64,000 nt of DNA, taken from NCBI GenBank assembly GCA_950097015.1, contig CATNEN010000038.1:12090001-12154000 (forward strand), in the 5' to 3' direction. The notes below the pieces were generated by a model. That model was not told the DNA's origin and ran no database searches. It saw only the letters and a program-made list of their open reading frames with translations. The position numbers and the translations under genes were made by a program. This stretch comes from Macrostomum hystrix (Eukaryota > Animalia > Platyhelminthes). Positions 61,240-64,000 of the stretch are shown here, one piece after another. Within the stretch, counting starts at the first letter, position 1. Every line of letters begins with the position of its first letter.

Positions 61240-63698
61240 ATGGGCAATTCAGACAGCAGGTCGCGCAATCCATCCAGTCGAATGGATGAACCTGGCCAAG
61301 TGTCCAGTGGACCAAGGCGTGGGGGCTCACTGGATCTGCCAGATGAGGCTATCGATTTCCCATCGCTAATTAAGGTGAGTGACCTGATGTAGTGTGGCTG
61401 ATTGTGAAGGCCTGGTCTGGAGTGACTGAGGTTTCATTGTGAAGTGTTGAACTGGAGTGACAGGTGTCATTGTGAAGTGTTGAACTGGAGTGACTGAGGT
61501 TTCATTGTGAAGTGTTGAACTGGAGTGACTGAGGGGTCATTGTGAAGTGTTGAACTGGAGTGACTGAGGTTTCATTGTGAAGTGTTGAACTGGAGTGACA
61601 GGTGTCATTGTGAAGTGTTGAACTGGAGTGACTGAGGTTTCATTGTGAAGTGTTGAACTGGAGTGACTGAGGGGTCATTGTGTAGTGTTGAACTGGAGTG
61701 ACAGGTGTCATTGTAAAGTGTTGAACTGGAGTGACTGAAGTGTCATTGTGAAGTGTTGAACTGGAGTGACTGAGGTGTCATTGTGAAGTGTTGCACTGGA
61801 GTGACAGGTGTCATTGTGAAGTGTTGTACTGGAGTGACTAAGGTGTCATTGTGAAGTGTTGCACTGGAGTGACTGAGGTGTTATTGTGAAGTGTTGCACT
61901 GGAGTGACAGGTGTCATTGTGAAGTGTTGAACTGGAGTGACTGAAGTGTCATTGTGAAGTGTTGCACTGGAGTGACTGAGGTGTCATTGTGAAGTGTTGT
62001 ACTGGAGTGACTGAGGTGTCATTGTGAAGTGTTGCACTGGAGTAGCAGGTGTCATTGTGAAGTGTTGCACTGGAGTGACTAAGGTGTCATTGTGAAGTGT
62101 TGCACTGGAGTAGCAGGTGTCATTGTGAAGTGTTGCACTGGAGTAGCAGGTGTCATTGTGAAGTGTTGCACTGGAGTAGCAGGTGTCATTGTGAAGTGTT
62201 GCACTGGAGTAGCAGGTGTCATTGTGAAGTGTTGCACTGGAGTGGCAGGTGTCATTGTGAAGTGTTGCACTGGAGTGACAGGTGTCATTGTGAAGTGTTG
62301 CACTGGAGTGACTGAAGTGTCATTGTGAAGTGTTGCACTGGAGTGACTGAGGTGTTATTGTGAAGTGTTGCACTGGAGTGGCAGGTGTCACTAGCTATAG
62401 GTGGCCCAATTATTCCCATCCGGCAGCAGAGCAGCGAGCAGGAGGAAGATTTTCGAATTCGCACGGGCACAATTAGCGAGCGTCCCGGAGACCACGTGAC
62501 TGCGAGCAAGCTGCCAACGGTGTTCAAATGGAGCGGCGGCGGCAAGGAGGTCTATCTTAGCGGCAGCTTCAACGGCTGGCAGGCCAAGATTCCGCTGGTT
62601 AAGAGGCGAGCTGCTTTCTCTGCTGTTTTATCGTCCTAAATAACGTTTGTTACTAGGTAGCTTATGTGATCGATGGTGTCCGAATCTCTTTGGAATTTTA
62701 GCCAGGACCATTTCTACACGATTGTTGACTTACCCGAAGGCGAGCACGAGTATCAGTTTATTGTTGACGGCAAATGGCAGGTCAACAGCAAGGAGGTGAG
62801 GCTTCAGTTTTTGCATTCTTTTTTTCGTCTGAACTACTGTCCCAGATGTCCGGAGTTCGAATCGAAAACAATGGTAACAAATCCCTAGGTTTTGCTTTAA
62901 TTGACAGACAGACGAAAACGGTGCTGTTAGTGGGCTAGGTGTAATAGTAAAAACAATGATAATAATTGCAGAAGGTATGTAGGCACTGGCACATTATTTG
63001 GCAATGCTGCTCATTCCGCTGGCTCTTGAGTACACAGTCACACAAGTGTGCCTTGAATTTCTCATCGTCAGGCAGTGTACACTCTCACTGGGCCTTGAAG
63101 GTTGGCCCTAAATTGCACGACTGCTACAGGCCCCTAAGCCTTCTCTTGATGTGGCCCCCGACGTGGAATCGAGCTCAGTGGGTTAAACATTTAAAGGTTT
63201 ATTACCACCCACAATGAACTACCAACCCCATCCGCGCAGCCAACTCGCCAAAGCGGCGGTCGTGGCGGCCCTCTAAACAATGTCCTCGAAGTGAAATCGT
63301 CCGATTTCGAAGTTTTCGAAGCCCTGGCCATGGACATTGCGGAGAGCTCGCAGCAGTCCAAGGAGCACGGCCACTCGGAGGTGTCGGAGCGTCTGCGCCA
63401 CCGGTCTGGCAGTCCGCCCGGACGGTACACCAGCCAGGTGCCGTCCACCAGCGGCTCCTCGCGCCAGCCGAGCGGTCCGAATCGGGCGCCGCCGGTGCTG
63501 CCCCAGCAGCTGCTGCAGGTGATTCTAAATCGGCCAACCGATTCGCGCCTGGATCCCAACCTGCTCCCCGAGCCTGAGCACGTTATGCTCAATCATCTGT
63601 ACGCGCTAAGCATCAAAGATGGCGTTGTCGTCCTGTCTACAATTCATCGCTATCGAAAGAAATTTGTCACCACAGTTATGTACAAGCCGTGCGATTAA
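61240..63698 (+). CDS. PRKAB1: 5'-AMP-activated protein kinase subunit beta, ~288 aa
   Basis: Exons 61240-61374 (MGNSDS myristoylation-type start), ~62427-62605, 62702-62795 and 63240-63698. CBM48 LPTVFKW..GGKEVYLSGSFNGW..DLPEGEHEYQFIVDGKW; SDFEVFEAL; C-terminal DPNLLPEPEHVMLNHLYALSIKDGV..RYRKKFVTTVMYKP. Intron 2 is GC-AG. Confidence 0.96.
61400..62390. repeat. 33/35-bp minisatellite filling AMPK beta intron 1
   Basis: GTGTCATTGTGAAGTGTTGCACTGGAGTGACAG-type units. Confidence 0.95.
62960..63190 (-). mobile_element. Degenerate SINE family B in AMPK beta intron 3
   Basis: TTTCTCATCGTCAGGCAGTGTACACTCTCACTG and GGAATCGAGCTCAG are shared with the 36-kb copy. The tail GGCACATTATTTGG matches the 14.7-kb copy. 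Confidence 0.75.
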
Positions 63699-64000
63699 CT
63701 ATTGTCTTAGTCAGCTGGGCGGTTGTTATTGACATCGGGGCTCTTTTTTCGAAACCATTTTTTTACTTTTGGTTTTTTGTTCGGTCACAATTCAGAATTA
63801 AGTTATTGTCTCATTGTCTGAAATTGTATCATTTCATAGCTTGTGTTTTTATGTAAAACGTTTCCTTTATTATAAAATTAATGGCTTCCCTGCGCCAATG
63901 CAGATCTCCTTGCTGCGTGTCGTCTGAAAAGGTAGTATTGGACTAATCTTTTTATCTGCAGTTCCTTTAGCCTGAACCATTAAAATATATGAGGCTTAGA

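Overview
Eukaryotic (metazoan) genomic DNA with spliceosomal introns, GC-rich exons and extremely dense minisatellites. This architecture and gene content resemble a free-living flatworm such as Macrostomum (inference only). Six multi-exon protein-coding genes can be assembled with consistent splice phases: UTP6 (+), an NRF-6/OACYL-type O-acyltransferase (-), a ZnT2/3/8-type SLC30 zinc transporter (-, 5' end not found), an SLC7 LAT-type amino-acid transporter light chain (-), an NPY/NPF-type rhodopsin GPCR (-) and AMPK beta (+, with a GC-AG intron). Most long ORFs in the ORF track are translations of tandem repeats. Bases 1-6463 are a near-identical direct duplicate of 52846-58966, and the breakpoint falls exactly on the terminal inverted repeat (TIR) of a TA-flanked MITE. 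Also present are two tRNA-derived SINE families (nested and chimeric; one carries an HDV-ribozyme-like 14-mer and appears to seed a minisatellite), a hAT MITE carrying a minisatellite, and several unrelated arrays that share an (A)CAGGT core. One of these arrays is a run of about 33 TAACAG|GTGAG splice-junction-like units. No prokaryote-type system (CRISPR etc.) is supported.
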